Shown here piece after piece: positions 1-11,289 of a stretch of DNA of 64,000 bases. Each line of letters begins with the position of its first letter. Position 1 is the stretch's first letter. The translations under genes were made by a program, and so were the position numbers. The notes under the pieces are model-generated. The model was not told where the DNA came from. It was given only the letters and a program-made list of their open reading frames with translations, and did not search any database. Location: contig OX597817.1 in the NCBI GenBank assembly GCA_951406725.2, forward strand, positions 61,752,001-61,816,000, written 5' to 3'. This DNA is from Octopus vulgaris. Its lineage: Eukaryota.

Positions 1-94
1 AAGTGATTTCCAATTTATTATTAAAAAATTGCTAATTAAATACATGGAACTCATTGGTATAATTCAGTAAAAGATTATTATTTTAGTATAAGAC

Positions 95-345
<251 letters not shown>

Positions 346-646
346 TAATGCATTTCAGTATTAAACCCACCTGTCATGATTAAAGCTCCAGAATGCATTA
401 AATGTAGAGACATGATAGCAGAATCATTTCTGCTTTCATGCTGTGTCATTACAGTGTGGAAAAAAGTGTGTGCACATGTGTGTGTGGCGCTCCGGTGATT
501 GAGCTTATTCTTTGGAGATTTTAAAAATTTATTGTCAGTATATAAAACAGTAATAACTAATAAATATATGTGCATGTGTGTATGAGCTTGTGTGTGTGTG
601 TGTATATAGATATATAAATTTGGTGTTTGTTGCATTCCATTACTTG

Positions 647-1434
647 ATAAATGAAAAAAATATATAAACAAATGACAAAAATGTATACTGAATGTAAAAA
701 TAAACATGAGATAAACAGAAAGTCCATAATTCTTCATCAGTTATCGACCAATGGTACTTTTTTTTAGTTTTGCATCCTTCAGCGATAAGACTGAATGCTT
801 CCCAAATGGCAGTGCTTGCAAAAAAAAAACAATTTTTCACATAGAATTAGGGATAAGAGCAAACAAAACGAAACAACACAGAATGTGATTTAGGATGGTG
901 AACGAGGGTGAACAGTTGAACGAAATACGGCCTTGGGGCTCAGAAGATGAGAACGGTGAATAACACTTAGAAAATATTTTGAATGAAGGAGAATGGAGAG
1001 ACAGAATTTGTGACTGGTCAGCTAAGAGACCAGTCTAAGAAAGGAAGAAAAAGAACTGGCTGCAGCAGGGAGAGAGATCGACAGAGAAAAGAAAGGGGAA
1101 GTGGATGAAGGGGAAAGAGAAAGGCTAGGAATCAAAGAGGGAGGGAGAGAAAGAGAGTAAGTAGAAAGGCCGTATTTTGTTCAACTGTTTGTCCTTGTCC
1201 ACCATCCTAAATCACACTGTGTTGTTTGCTCTTGTCCCTAATCCTACACAAAAAAAAACACAACTTTTTTTACAGGCCCCGCCAATTGGGAAGCATTCGG
1301 TCTTATCATTAAATGTGTGAAACTGAAAAAAGTACCATTGGTCGATAACTGATGAAGAATTATGGACTTTCTGTTTATCTCATGTTTATTTTCACATTCA
1401 GTATACATTTTTGTCATTTGTTTATATATTTTTC

Positions 1435-1440
<6 letters not shown>
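647..1440. repeat. Long inverted repeat (arms ~647-934 and ~1166-1440, purine-rich spacer) ending in (TA)n
   Basis: agtccataattcttcatcagttatcgaccaatggtac (721-757) is the reverse complement of gtaccattggtcgataactgatgaagaattatggact (1332-1368); similarity continues over both arms. Confidence 0.92.
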
Positions 1441-1474
<34 letters not shown>

Positions 1475-1485
1475 TAAAGGATGTA

Positions 1486-1530
<45 letters not shown>

Positions 1531-1736
1531 AATATTAGGGAATAAATCCAAACTTACAGGGAAAAATCAAATTTAGGATTGAATCCAATTTTATAGTAAA
1601 ATATTATATTATATTAAATTAGAGACAAAACCACTATTAGGCAAATCATACAATGAAAAACTGAAGCCAATACATAAGATTATTTAATTTATATTTAAAT
1701 ATATAACAAAATTATTAAAAAAATATAATTAATATA

Positions 1737-1802
1737 TCACTACGATCGTTTCATGGCTGTTAATTTCTTTAAATTTTCGAGTTACAGTCATTCATCAGGT
1801 GG
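1737..1802 (-). ncRNA. Putative minimal type I hammerhead ribozyme
   Basis: Minus strand: cac-CTGATGA-[atgactgt...acagccat, helix II]-GAAAC-gatc-GTA-gtg. Intact core, palindromic helix III loop, 3-bp helix I. Confidence 0.75.
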
Positions 1803-1875
1803 TTTAAATATTTATAGTGGCGAGGTTTCAACAATGGGTTCATTGTTTAAGCCTCGCCAAGATAAATATTTAAAC

Positions 1876-1940
1876 CACCTGATGAATGACTGTAACTCGA
1901 AAATTTAAAGAAATTAACAGCCATGAAATGATCGTAGTGA
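1876..1940 (+). ncRNA. Putative minimal hammerhead ribozyme (mirror copy)
   Basis: cac-CTGATGA(1879-1885)-helix II-GAAAT(1925-1929)-gatc-GTA-gtg; the C>T change leaves a U-G wobble in helix III. Confidence 0.65.
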
Positions 1941-2061
1941 TATATTAATTATATTTTTTAATAATTTTGTTATATATTTAAATATAAATTAAATAATCTT
2001 ATGTATTGGCTTAAGTTTTTCATTGTATGATTTGCCTAATAGTGGTTTTGTTTCTAATTTA

Positions 2062-2107
<46 letters not shown>

Positions 2108-3670
2108 AGAGCGTTTACACCAGTTTACATGATCCATTTGTTTACATAATATTTTAATTTCAAATGAGAGCCGATTGTTAAATTTTGCTGCGCACAGAAA
2201 AGAGACCAACACAGAAAAGTTTTTATGTTAATTAATGTTTCAATAGTGTCACACTTGAAATGACTTCACCCTACAGCACAAACATCGTTTAAAGTTCATT
2301 TGGTCCATAAATATTTTTCCAGTATGAATTAATTACCATGTAAAGATTTTTACTTCAATATTAAGTTTGGAAAATCAGTAAAGTTTATTTGCTATAATGA
2401 GGATCAGAAAATGCACTCGAGTAAGTGCCTTCTTAGGGCACTGGGGACCTCATTATTGAAGAACCCCAATACTGTGGTTGTGTATGTAGGGCACAGGGAT
2501 TTGCTCTTCCCATTAGCATATAACAATTTCAAAGTATGGCACAAGGTCAGCAATTTAAGGGGAAGGGATAAGCTGATTACATTGACCTCAGCGTTCAATC
2601 CTGAAAGGATAACGGGAAAAGTTGATGATGACAGGATTTGAACTCAGAATGTAAAGGGTTGGAAGAAATTCTGCCAAGCATCTTATCTGTTTATCTCACA
2701 CAATAACATTTCTGCCTGCTAGCCACTTTTCCAGGAGCATAGAAGGTTGCAAAGCCAGTTTGGCTTCATTTGTTTATATATGTGTGTAAATAGATATATA
2801 GTGTATAATAATTGTGCATTGTTTCTCCCCACCAAACTGAGCCCTCAGCTCTATTTTTGTTCCCAATACCCTCATTCATAGAAGTAGGACTATAGTGATA
2901 TCATAATATATTTTATAATGCTTATGGCAAAAAAAAAAGAAAAACTTTCATGATCTTCCATATTTAATATTGGTGTGTTGTTCCAAACGGGAAACCAGCA
3001 TTTTTTTTTTATTCTAAATTTTTTCTACTTTAATATTATATTCTATTAATTCAGCAATATCTTAATGATGCAATATTTAATTTTATTGCCAAATCTGGAA
3101 TAATATTTGGTAGCTTAGCACAAACCAGTTGCTAAATTTTTAGCAGTTAAATGAACCAGTTGATAAAATGCTGGCAACTTACCACAGTGAATGTGGAGGT
3201 AAAAGAGAAAGAGAGAAATAGCTGTCAATTTCTTTCTGTGGGCAGAAAAGTAAAGGGATATTAATCCCCTGAAGTGTGGCCAACCAGCCATGGATCATGT
3301 TAGAATAATCTCCATTTTGTCTTCAGTTTGAGAAGAGAATAATAAAATGAGTTTACCTTTGTTTACCTCCTATAGCACATAGATTTTAGAAGAAGAAGAA
3401 GAAGAATTAGTTTGCACAGTAGAAAAGCATCCAGCAATACCCAGCCAAATTATAAAACGCCATAGTAAATAAAAGCCTCATTTAAAATCATGACTGCATT
3501 TGTTATATATGTATCAATACATAACAATGATGATGATGAATATATTTCCCACTGAACCAGGCTCGTTTATGTGTCTATGAATATGTCTTTAAGAGTAGAA
3601 TGTGAAGCAGATAAATCTATAAATAATAGCAAATAAATATGGGTTTAAAAAGACGTCCTTGGATGGCAAA

Positions 3671-3743
3671 GGTTGTCTGTGGGACTTGAACCTACATCTT
3701 CTGTAAACATGATAGATGATCTACCATTGCACTAAAGCAATCC
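3671..3743 (-). pseudogene. Decayed tRNA-like sequence (A/B boxes)
   Basis: Minus strand: tagtgcaatggta (A box), T-arm gtagg-TTCAAGT-cccac, partial acceptor-stem pairing; the anticodon arm does not pair. Confidence 0.55.
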
Positions 3744-3799
3744 TTTGAATTTTTCCAGCCATTTTAGGAGCTTTGTTCTTACCAGCACAAATAAAAAGA

Positions 3800-4000
3800 G
3801 GGACAGTACAGGCAGAAACAAGGAACATGCCCCTTGTGTTTGAATACTATGTAAATATTCTTTTAAAATACTTTTCATTTAATCTTTCCAAAATTTAATT
3901 CTTTTCCATACTTACAGTTGAAAAAGTCTCAATGACTGAAACTGGTACTGAAATGTTTTTTATAAAATTATTTTAGCATTTTCTACTTTGACTTTTTTCC
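3800..4000 (+). mobile_element. (TA)n-tailed repeat with a decayed hammerhead motif; second copy at ~55315-55510
   Basis: Both copies share caggcagaaacaagga...ttttagcattttctactttgactt. Motif cag-TTGAAAA-agtc tcaat gact-GAAAC-tg-GTA-ctg at ~3915-3950. Confidence 0.7.
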
Positions 4001-4025
4001 ATATATATATATATATATATATATA

Positions 4026-4420
4026 CTAGCAGTATCGCCCGGCGTTGCTCGGGTTTGTAAGGGAAATAACTATATAAGCATTTTTAGAGATGTAAAGTAT
4101 AATAGCCATCTCAATATGGCTAACCACAAAGGGGGGTGTTACTGTAGCTTTTTACGTTCTGAGATTTAATAATACATTTTTAGAGAGTTACTTCCCATAT
4201 ATATGCCAAAAATGCATTAAAAATGGGAAAAAAATGATGGTAAAATTTTTTTAAATCGTAGACTCACCGTAGACGCATGCTAATACCGAGAAGGGCTCGA
4301 TATGAATCACGACTATAAGATACCCGCTTTTGGTTAAACTGCACCGCAAAATGTGGGAGTAGTTAGGAATCTAAATCGTAGGAGATAGACACCACACAAC
4401 CTCACTTTTATATATATAGA
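4026..4420 (-). mobile_element. Non-autonomous Helitron
   Basis: Minus strand begins TCTATATATATAAAA and ends with hairpin CCCGAGCAACGCCGGG followed by CTAG; inserted between A and T. Confidence 0.85.
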
Positions 4421-4679
4421 TATATATATATGATTGATTGATTCTAGTTTCAGCTCACGAGCTGTGGCCATATATATAAAAATAATAAATCTCTGAGTGA
4501 TATATAGTTCTTAAGTTACATTTGTCTCATAGTGATAGGGTATGTTGTTTGTAATCTATTTTGTTGATATCTGTATATATTTTCACACTGTACAAAGACA
4601 GTGTATATGAAGACATGGCTTTTTTTTTTTACAAATGTTGACTAAAATCTATGACTGGATTCTATAGTAGAGTGTAAGC

Positions 4680-4717
<38 letters not shown>

Positions 4718-5166
4718 TATATACATACATACATACTAAAGTAGTTAATCAGTTGCCTCTAACACATATACATCTTCCCATACTAATTCTGGCTATGTCA
4801 TGAGAAGTTTGCTTCTCAACTACATAATTCCAGGTTCAATCCCACTGTGTGTCTTCTACTGTAGGCTCAGACTAACCAAAGCCTTGTGAGTAGATTTGTG
4901 GGTGGATTTCAGTTACAGATGGAAACTGAAAGAAGCCCATCATGTATATGTGTATGTGATGTCTCTTAATACCCATGTTTGTCCTACACCACTAATTGAC
5001 AACCGGTGTTGGTATGTTTACATCGCTGTAACTTAACTCTACATAAAAAAAAATGATAGTAGTGGGGGGCCAGTTTCTTTGATTAAAACTTCTTCAAGAT
5101 GCTGCCCAACCATGGCTGCAGTCTAATGACCAAAACAAGTAAAAGATAAAAGCTTATGTCAATGTA

Positions 5167-5216
<50 letters not shown>

Positions 5217-5266
5217 TATATACATACATAGGTGAGAAAGTTGATGTGTGAAAGCACGTGGTTGAA

Positions 5267-5617
5267 TATATAGAAAATAGTAAAAAGTGAAAAAACTACA
5301 GAAGGCTTGTTTTAAAAGGTTAAAAAATATATATTTGAGTCAATATGTCTGAAGGATGTTATAAATTTTTTCCTACAATGACATAGTTTTTGAAGAAATG
5401 ACCGGTTTCGCGTTCAGCTTTTCAAATTTCTTACATCGTTCAAATTTCTTACAATGTAAGAAATTTGAAAAGCTGAACACGAAACGGTCATTTCTTCAAA
5501 AACTATGTCATTGTAGGAAAAAAATTTATAACATCCTTCAGACATATTGACTCAAATATATATTTTTTAACCTTTTAAAACAAGCCTTCTGTAGTTTTTT
5601 CACTTTTTACTATTTTC

Positions 5618-5623
<6 letters not shown>
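5267..5623. mobile_element. Fold-back element (~170-bp arms) between (TA)n tracts, carrying the 3' half of a hammerhead motif
   Basis: Arms 5267-5436 and 5454-5623 are nearly identical in reverse complement. GAAACCGGTC on minus (5400-5409), GAAACGGTC on plus (5481-5489). Confidence 0.85.
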
Positions 5624-5674
<51 letters not shown>

Positions 5675-5694
5675 ATATATATACATGTATATAT

Positions 5695-5732
<38 letters not shown>

Positions 5733-6266
5733 ATATATATATGTATATATATATATATGTATGTATGTAAGAACCACAACTGAAACAAAACACATTTTGT
5801 CACACTAACAATTATGGTTTAAGTGTTTATCCACTCTCACTTATTTTTGAGCCCTTTATTCTAAGTGACTGGACATAGCCCTCTTTAAAATTGTCCCCTC
5901 TGACACATACATATGTGTTTTTGCATATATACATATAATTTATTTCTTGTGAATATAATTTGGTGGATATATGTGTGTATCTAAGTGTAGCTGGTGTTAT
6001 TGTTTAGCGTTTGCTTAGCCTGATAGAACAAACCTATCATCGAACTCAATTCAAACATTATCCTCCCACTTTGTTTTCAGAAATAGGTCTTTGACCATAT
6101 TATCCAATATCTCACTTTTTCAGGATGCTGTATTATAGTCACCGTGTGATATGGCTGCTACTTTTAACATTTTGAGTACCCTGTAAAACAATCCGTGTAA
6201 GATCAGTGTATGTAAAGTTTTGTGTATATGTGCTTGGGTGTGTATGTATGTATGTGTGTGTGAATG

Positions 6267-6480
6267 ATGGGGTGCTGTAAAGTTCCTGGCTCTAAGGGTA
6301 TTGTGAAAGGCCTGGTTGGTGGCCCAGGCTTCGGAGTTCTTTTACAGGACTTAGAAAAACTGAAGAACCACTGCAATAAGTGTGTGACTCTGAGAAGTGA
6401 ATATGTTGACTAAAATCATAATTAACTGATCATCCTATATTTTCTTTTACCCAAAGCCAAGGAACATTGCAGTACCTCCT
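6267..6480 (+). mobile_element. Mariner-derived MITE
   Basis: Degenerate TIRs ggtgctgtaaagttcctggc / gccaaggaacattgcagtacc; internal remnant reading CNKCVTLRSEYVD*, like the mariner transposase C-terminus. Confidence 0.65.
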
Positions 6481-6509
6481 GCCTGTTTCTGTGTAAACAT
6501 CTATATATA

Positions 6510-6920
6510 GGCGTAGGAGTGGCTGTGTGGTAAGTAGCTTGCTTACGAACTACATGGTTCCGGGTTCAGTCCCACTGCGTGGCACCTTGGGTAAGTGTCT
6601 TTTACTATAGCCTCGGGCCGACCAAAGCCTTGTGAGTGGATTTGGTAGACGGAAACTGAAAGAAGCCTGTCGTATATATGTATATATAGATATGTATGTG
6701 CGTGTTTACGTGTCTGTGTTTGTCCCCCCAACATCGCTTGACAACCGATGCTGGTGTGTTTACGTCCCCGTAACTTAATGGTTCGGCAAAAAAGAGGCTG
6801 AAAAAATAAGTACTAGGCTTACAAAGAATAAGTCGTGGGGTCAATTTGATCGACTAAAGGCGGTGCTCCAGCATGGCCACAGTCACATGACTGAAACGAC
6901 TAAAAGAGTAAAGAGAGAGT
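6510..6920 (+). mobile_element. tRNA-derived SINE, near full length (related copies ~4790-5150 +, 15047-15200 +, 41100-41305 -, 56868-57020 -, 58130-58280 -)
   Basis: A box tggctgtgtggtaag, B box ggttcagtccc, shared body ccaaagccttgtgagtggatttggtagacggaaactgaaagaagcc. Confidence 0.88.
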
Positions 6921-7251
6921 ATAAAAAGAGATGATGCATAAAATATAACAAATATATAACCACGGTAACTGAACTTTTAATTACCAATGGATGTGTATTT
7001 TTTTATGTTTTATACATCATCACTTTGTATATACATTCACATCAATCACTTGCTGAATAACCTCCCTCCGATTTGCAGTTTGTATGGATCATACGTGTGG
7101 ATTTAACCAACACGGATTCTTATATTCCTTATTTGAAATTCTGTTAACCAGGTTTTTTTTGCAAGAAGTGCAGAGTTATTTGCCTGAATGTCTTAAATCC
7201 CTATTTTATATCACTGTGTGTAAGTGTGTGCGTGTCTCTCATTACCTTTGA

Positions 7252-7472
7252 CCCTTTAGCATTTAAACCGGCCATATCCGGCCAAAAGTATTCTGCTTGT
7301 TTTATGTTCAAACTGGCCGTATCTGGTCTCTTACACCAACCCTACAATATCGTTTTAAAAATTAACAGCTACCTCATCAAAATCTCATAGCTACAAGATA
7401 ATGCATGATTAGTTCAAAACAACATGGATAAAAAAGCATTGATTTTAGCAGAATGATGTGAACACTAAAGGG
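7252..7472. mobile_element. piggyBac-like MITE (copy 1)
   Basis: TIR CCCTTTAG...CTAAAGGG followed by TTAA; internal sequence shared with the 25070 and 62330 copies. Confidence 0.8.
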
Positions 7473-7911
7473 TTAAACAACAAAATCATCATATTACATT
7501 CATGTTTGAAAATGAAGATGTCATTTTTTTGTATAACTGCCCCTGAAACATATATATATATAGTAATGAATAAAATAAAAATAAAATCTTTGGATTAAAA
7601 ATAAACAGAAAATGCTTTGTTACAATTATTTGTTAACAACTAATAGTAAATTATTAGTTAGCAACTGTTAATTGAATTAGCAATTAGTTAATTATTGACA
7701 GTTAATGTGATGGTTGTCTTCTGTCAATTAGTTAATTATTGACAGTTAATGTGATGGTTGTCTTCTGTCAATTAGTTGTTGGTTTGTTCCTTGGTTTGTT
7801 GGTTGGTAAGTTTGCTAAATGGTTGTTTGGTTGGCTGGGTACATAGTTGGTTGGTTGGTTGGCTGGCTGGCTGGTTGGCCTGTTGTTTGTGTGTGTGTGT
7901 GTGTGCTATAC

Positions 7912-8144
7912 TCACATCATCACTTTAGACTTGATGACTGTTAAAGCTCGAGCAAGAAATATCCAAATAGCACATGTAGCGACGCAGAAAAACACACCGA
8001 TCCACATGAGAGTTATTGGATATCCATAAGTGATTTGTCGAGTATAGCACAATTGGGGCGGGATTGTCACAAAGTAGAAGCAGTCCTCGATTTCATAGGT
8101 CCGCTTTGTGTAGGTGATTACTAACGTGAACACTCCGAAGATAC
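7912..8144 (-). CDS. Probable last coding exon of the same gene (end of TM3, second loop, TM4, short tail)
   Basis: Acceptor cctcttcttacAG after a long pyrimidine tract; (G)IFGVFTLVITYTKRTYEIEDCFYFVTIPPQLCYTRQITYGYPITLMWIGVFFCVATCAIWIFLARALTVIKSKVMM*. YGYxxxLxW resembles the YGWSxxLAW motif before TM4 in claudin-like proteins. Confidence 0.85.
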
Positions 8145-9327
8145 CTGTAAGAAGAGGGGGAAGGAATTTGAGTAGGGATTGGATTGGAGGTAGGAGGGGT
8201 GGGGATGAAGGACAAGATGTAATGAGTATTTGTGTGTGAGAGAGTGTAGAGGGTAAAGTTAGGATAGTGATGGAAAGAGAGAGAGAGAGAGATTCGGGGG
8301 AGATTAATAAGGTAAACAGAAGAAAAGAAGATAAGTATAGAAAGGGAGAGTTTGTATGAGAAAGAGTAGGCAGTATGAGGAATAGAAAGAGGTGGAATGA
8401 GAGGAGGAGGAGAGAGGAGGAGGAGAAAGAGGAGGAGAGGAAAATAGGGAAGAGGCAGAGGTGAATAAGGGAAATGGGGAGGAGAAAAAGAAAAAGAGAA
8501 ATGTAAAAGATTATAAAGAATTAAACAAAAAAGTATAAAATAAGAAATGAAATCATAAAATGATTGGCTCATTAATTAAGATAAATGGATTTAATTAATT
8601 CACTAAATTAGTCCCGGTTTGGAGAGTAAGACTTGATCTGCAACTACAGTTTGTCTAAACTTTAAAACAGCAGTTTTCAGTTTGTGGTCTGCAGATCCTT
8701 GAGGTTCCATGAATTGAAAACTTGTTGAAGCCTGGGATCAGTAGGATGATTCATTTCAATAAAATGGGTTCGTCATGGTAGGAAGGCTGCAAACCACTGC
8801 TTTAAAGTGTCACCATAAGGTAATAAATGATCTTTTCTTTTTCAATGGTCAAGAGAAAGTGCCCCTGCCCATGGCCTTCTTGTGCCCTCTGGATTTGGTG
8901 AGGCCAGTCTCAAAGAAAGCAGTTTATGAATTAATTATGAGTAATTTTTTTAATAAAAGAACACAATTATTACAGTCTACACCAATTTAAATATATTTTT
9001 TTATAAAAAATGTGGTTTTTTAAATTCCTTTCATTATTGAAGATTTTTAACTTGTTTCAACCCTTCCCCCAGACTCATATCTAAAACTATGGGATTCAAC
9101 TTGCTCTTCCTTTTCCCTAAAAAATAATGATAAACATGGGAACACATGCATATATATATAGCAATTAAGGACAACTTCTTAATAAGGAATCTTAATAAGA
9201 AATTATCAGGTAGATAGCGTGAAAAACCTCATCAGAGAAAAATTTCGAAAATAATTCTTTCTTATTGAACATATTAATTTATATATAGATGCGTGTGGCA
9301 TCTTTGTATAATAATGCCCTCTATATA

Positions 9328-9366
<39 letters not shown>

Positions 9367-9719
9367 GCAGGTGTTCCCATGTTTATCATTATTTAAAAAA
9401 TGTTGGAAATGGTCAGAGTTTGAATGTCTTTGGTCAGAGATTTGTTCAATCAGATCTCACCCAATGTTAAACAACAACAACAACAATAGTTGCTTACAAC
9501 ATGATAAGTACAGAATTTATTCTTAAAAAAACAGTAGTTCAAATTCCATCAAGATCAACTTTGCTTTCGTCCCTTCAGGGATCAATAAATTAAGTACCAG
9601 TCAAGAATAAGGGTTGATGTAATCAACTGGCCACCACCACCACCCACTAAAACTCTTTCAGGCCTTATGCTCATAGAAGAAAAGATCAAGATTATTATTT
9701 CATGAAAATTCTCAGCTTA

Positions 9720-10000
9720 TTTTGCTGGACATGATGAAAATGGCAATTGCTTACAGCCATCAGACCAAGGTGACACTTGTTTACAGATCAGGCTTTAAGA
9801 AGCCTGGTGAGAACTCTTGCAGCTTCAAGCAATGGTGATTTTTTTGTAGCTGTTCTATCTTTACATTTGTAACAATCTTTTTTGAGCCACGCTGGTAGTT
9901 GAGTGCTGATACTTCCAAGTGCACAAGTCACTCTTGGTATCAAGCCCACTCTTTTCAACCTCTGTATTTCCCACTTCAATTCATCATAGTCATTTAATAA
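9720..10000 (-). mobile_element. R4/Dong-type LINE 3' fragment (degenerate)
   Basis: Minus-strand remnant KWEIQRL...IPRVTCALGSI resembles the restriction-like endonuclease tail of the other R4 copies; abuts a TAA/TTA tract. Confidence 0.55.
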
Positions 10001-10019
10001 TAATTATTATTATTATTAA

Positions 10020-10237
10020 GGTGGCAAGCTAGCAGAATGGTTAACATGCTGAGTGAAATGCTTAACAGTATTTTGTCTGCCGCTACGTTCTGAGTTCAAA
10101 TTCTACCAAGGTCGACTTTGCCTTTCATCCTTTTGGGGTCAATAAATTAAGTAGCAGTGAAACACTGAAGTCAATGTAATCGACTAGTCCCCTCTCCATA
10201 AATTTCTAGTAGAAAGGATTATTATTATTATTATTAT
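10020..10237 (+). mobile_element. Second tRNA-derived SINE family with a Nin/Deu-like core (other copies ~2520-2725 -, 9535-9690, 10860-11065, 15675-15790, 17900-18080 -, 18480-18820 -, 27550-27690, 29670-30130 -, 31640-32050 -, 36175-36390 -, 49155-49360 -)
   Basis: Recurring ctgagttcaaattc...gtcgactttgcctttcatcc...aaattaagta(c/g)cagt; usually bounded by (TTA)n. Confidence 0.85.
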
Positions 10238-10239
10238 AG

Positions 10240-10759
10240 ATGTTTTCGATCTAATTTGAATTCTTTGCAATCAAATTTGAATTTTTCAATTGGTGCTCAA
10301 GCCTTGAAAAAAACTAAGAGTTAAACTTCATCGGCCGTAAGGGAATACATGTCTATCTTATCTAACTCATCTAGTAGAGCCCACCAATTGATCTCTGAAG
10401 AGTTCGATGAAATAACTCATGAACACTGCAATAGCTTCTACCAAAAGATACTTCAACATATTTACGTCGTCGACTGGTCTGAATAAGGGGAGATAATAGA
10501 AAAAGAATCATTCGTTTATTATCTCCCCTTGTTCAGACCGGTCGACATTACAGAGCATCTGTTGGTAGAAGCTATCGTAGTGTTCATGAGTTATTTCATC
10601 GAACTTTTCAGATATCAATTGGTGGGCTCTACTAGATGAGTTAGATAAGATAGACATGTATTCCCTTACGGCAAGGCTTGAGCACCAATTGAAAAATTCA
10701 AATTTGATTGCAAAGAATTCAAATTTGATGGCAAAGAATCTAAACTAGATTGAAAACAT
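10240..10759. repeat. Fold-back element (~250-bp arms) between (TTA)n/(TAA)n tracts
   Basis: gccgtaagggaatacatgtctatcttatctaactcatctagtagagcccacc (~10335) is mirrored at ~10621-10672; loop ~10498-10516. Confidence 0.9.
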
Positions 10760-11289
10760 GATAATAATGAAATTATTGTATACAGTGCCCAGGTGCACCA
10801 CAACTTGTCAGAAAGTGCGTATAGAGTAACATCTATATTATTATTATTATTATTATTAAGCGATGAGATGGTAGAATTGTTAGTATGCCAGGTAAAATGC
10901 TTAGCGGTATTTTGTCTGAGTTCAAATTTCATGAAGATCGACTTTGCTTTCCATCCTTTCCAGGCCAATAAATTAAGTACCAGTCAAATACTGGGGTCGA
11001 TGTCATCGATTGCCCTCTCCACAAAAATCCAGGTCTTATGCCTATAGTAGAAAGGATTATTATTATTGGGATGAAGGCAGAAGAACCATGGGCCAGGAGG
11101 ATATGAAGCATTCAATGTTATCTGTTACCCAGTGGAAAACCATAGACATCATATGAACAGCAATGACAATATTTTAGGTTATTGCTTTGTTTATTATTTT
11201 ATTTATCTATTTATATTTTTATTGTTGTTGTTGCTGTAATTATCCTTATTATGATTATTGTTATTTTGTATTAGGTGTAGAGGCTTCAT

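Larger units (their letters stand above)
1607..2070. mobile_element. Fold-back element (~230-bp arms, 4-nt loop) between (TA)n tracts; Penelope pLTR-like
   Basis: Near-perfect palindrome centred on acaatg-ggtt-cattgt (~1831-1846); each arm carries a hammerhead motif. Confidence 0.85.

Noticed and set aside
411-440. 13-bp hairpin catgatagcagaa/ttctgctttcatg
   Set aside because: Too short to distinguish from chance without conservation data.
8093-8572. 159-aa Pro/Leu/Ser-rich ORF
   Set aside because: Low-complexity purine/pyrimidine tract of the intron end; out of frame with the real exon.
9190-9240. CTGATGA on the minus strand near (TA)n
   Set aside because: Followed by GATAA rather than GAAA, with no helix I; too degenerate to call.
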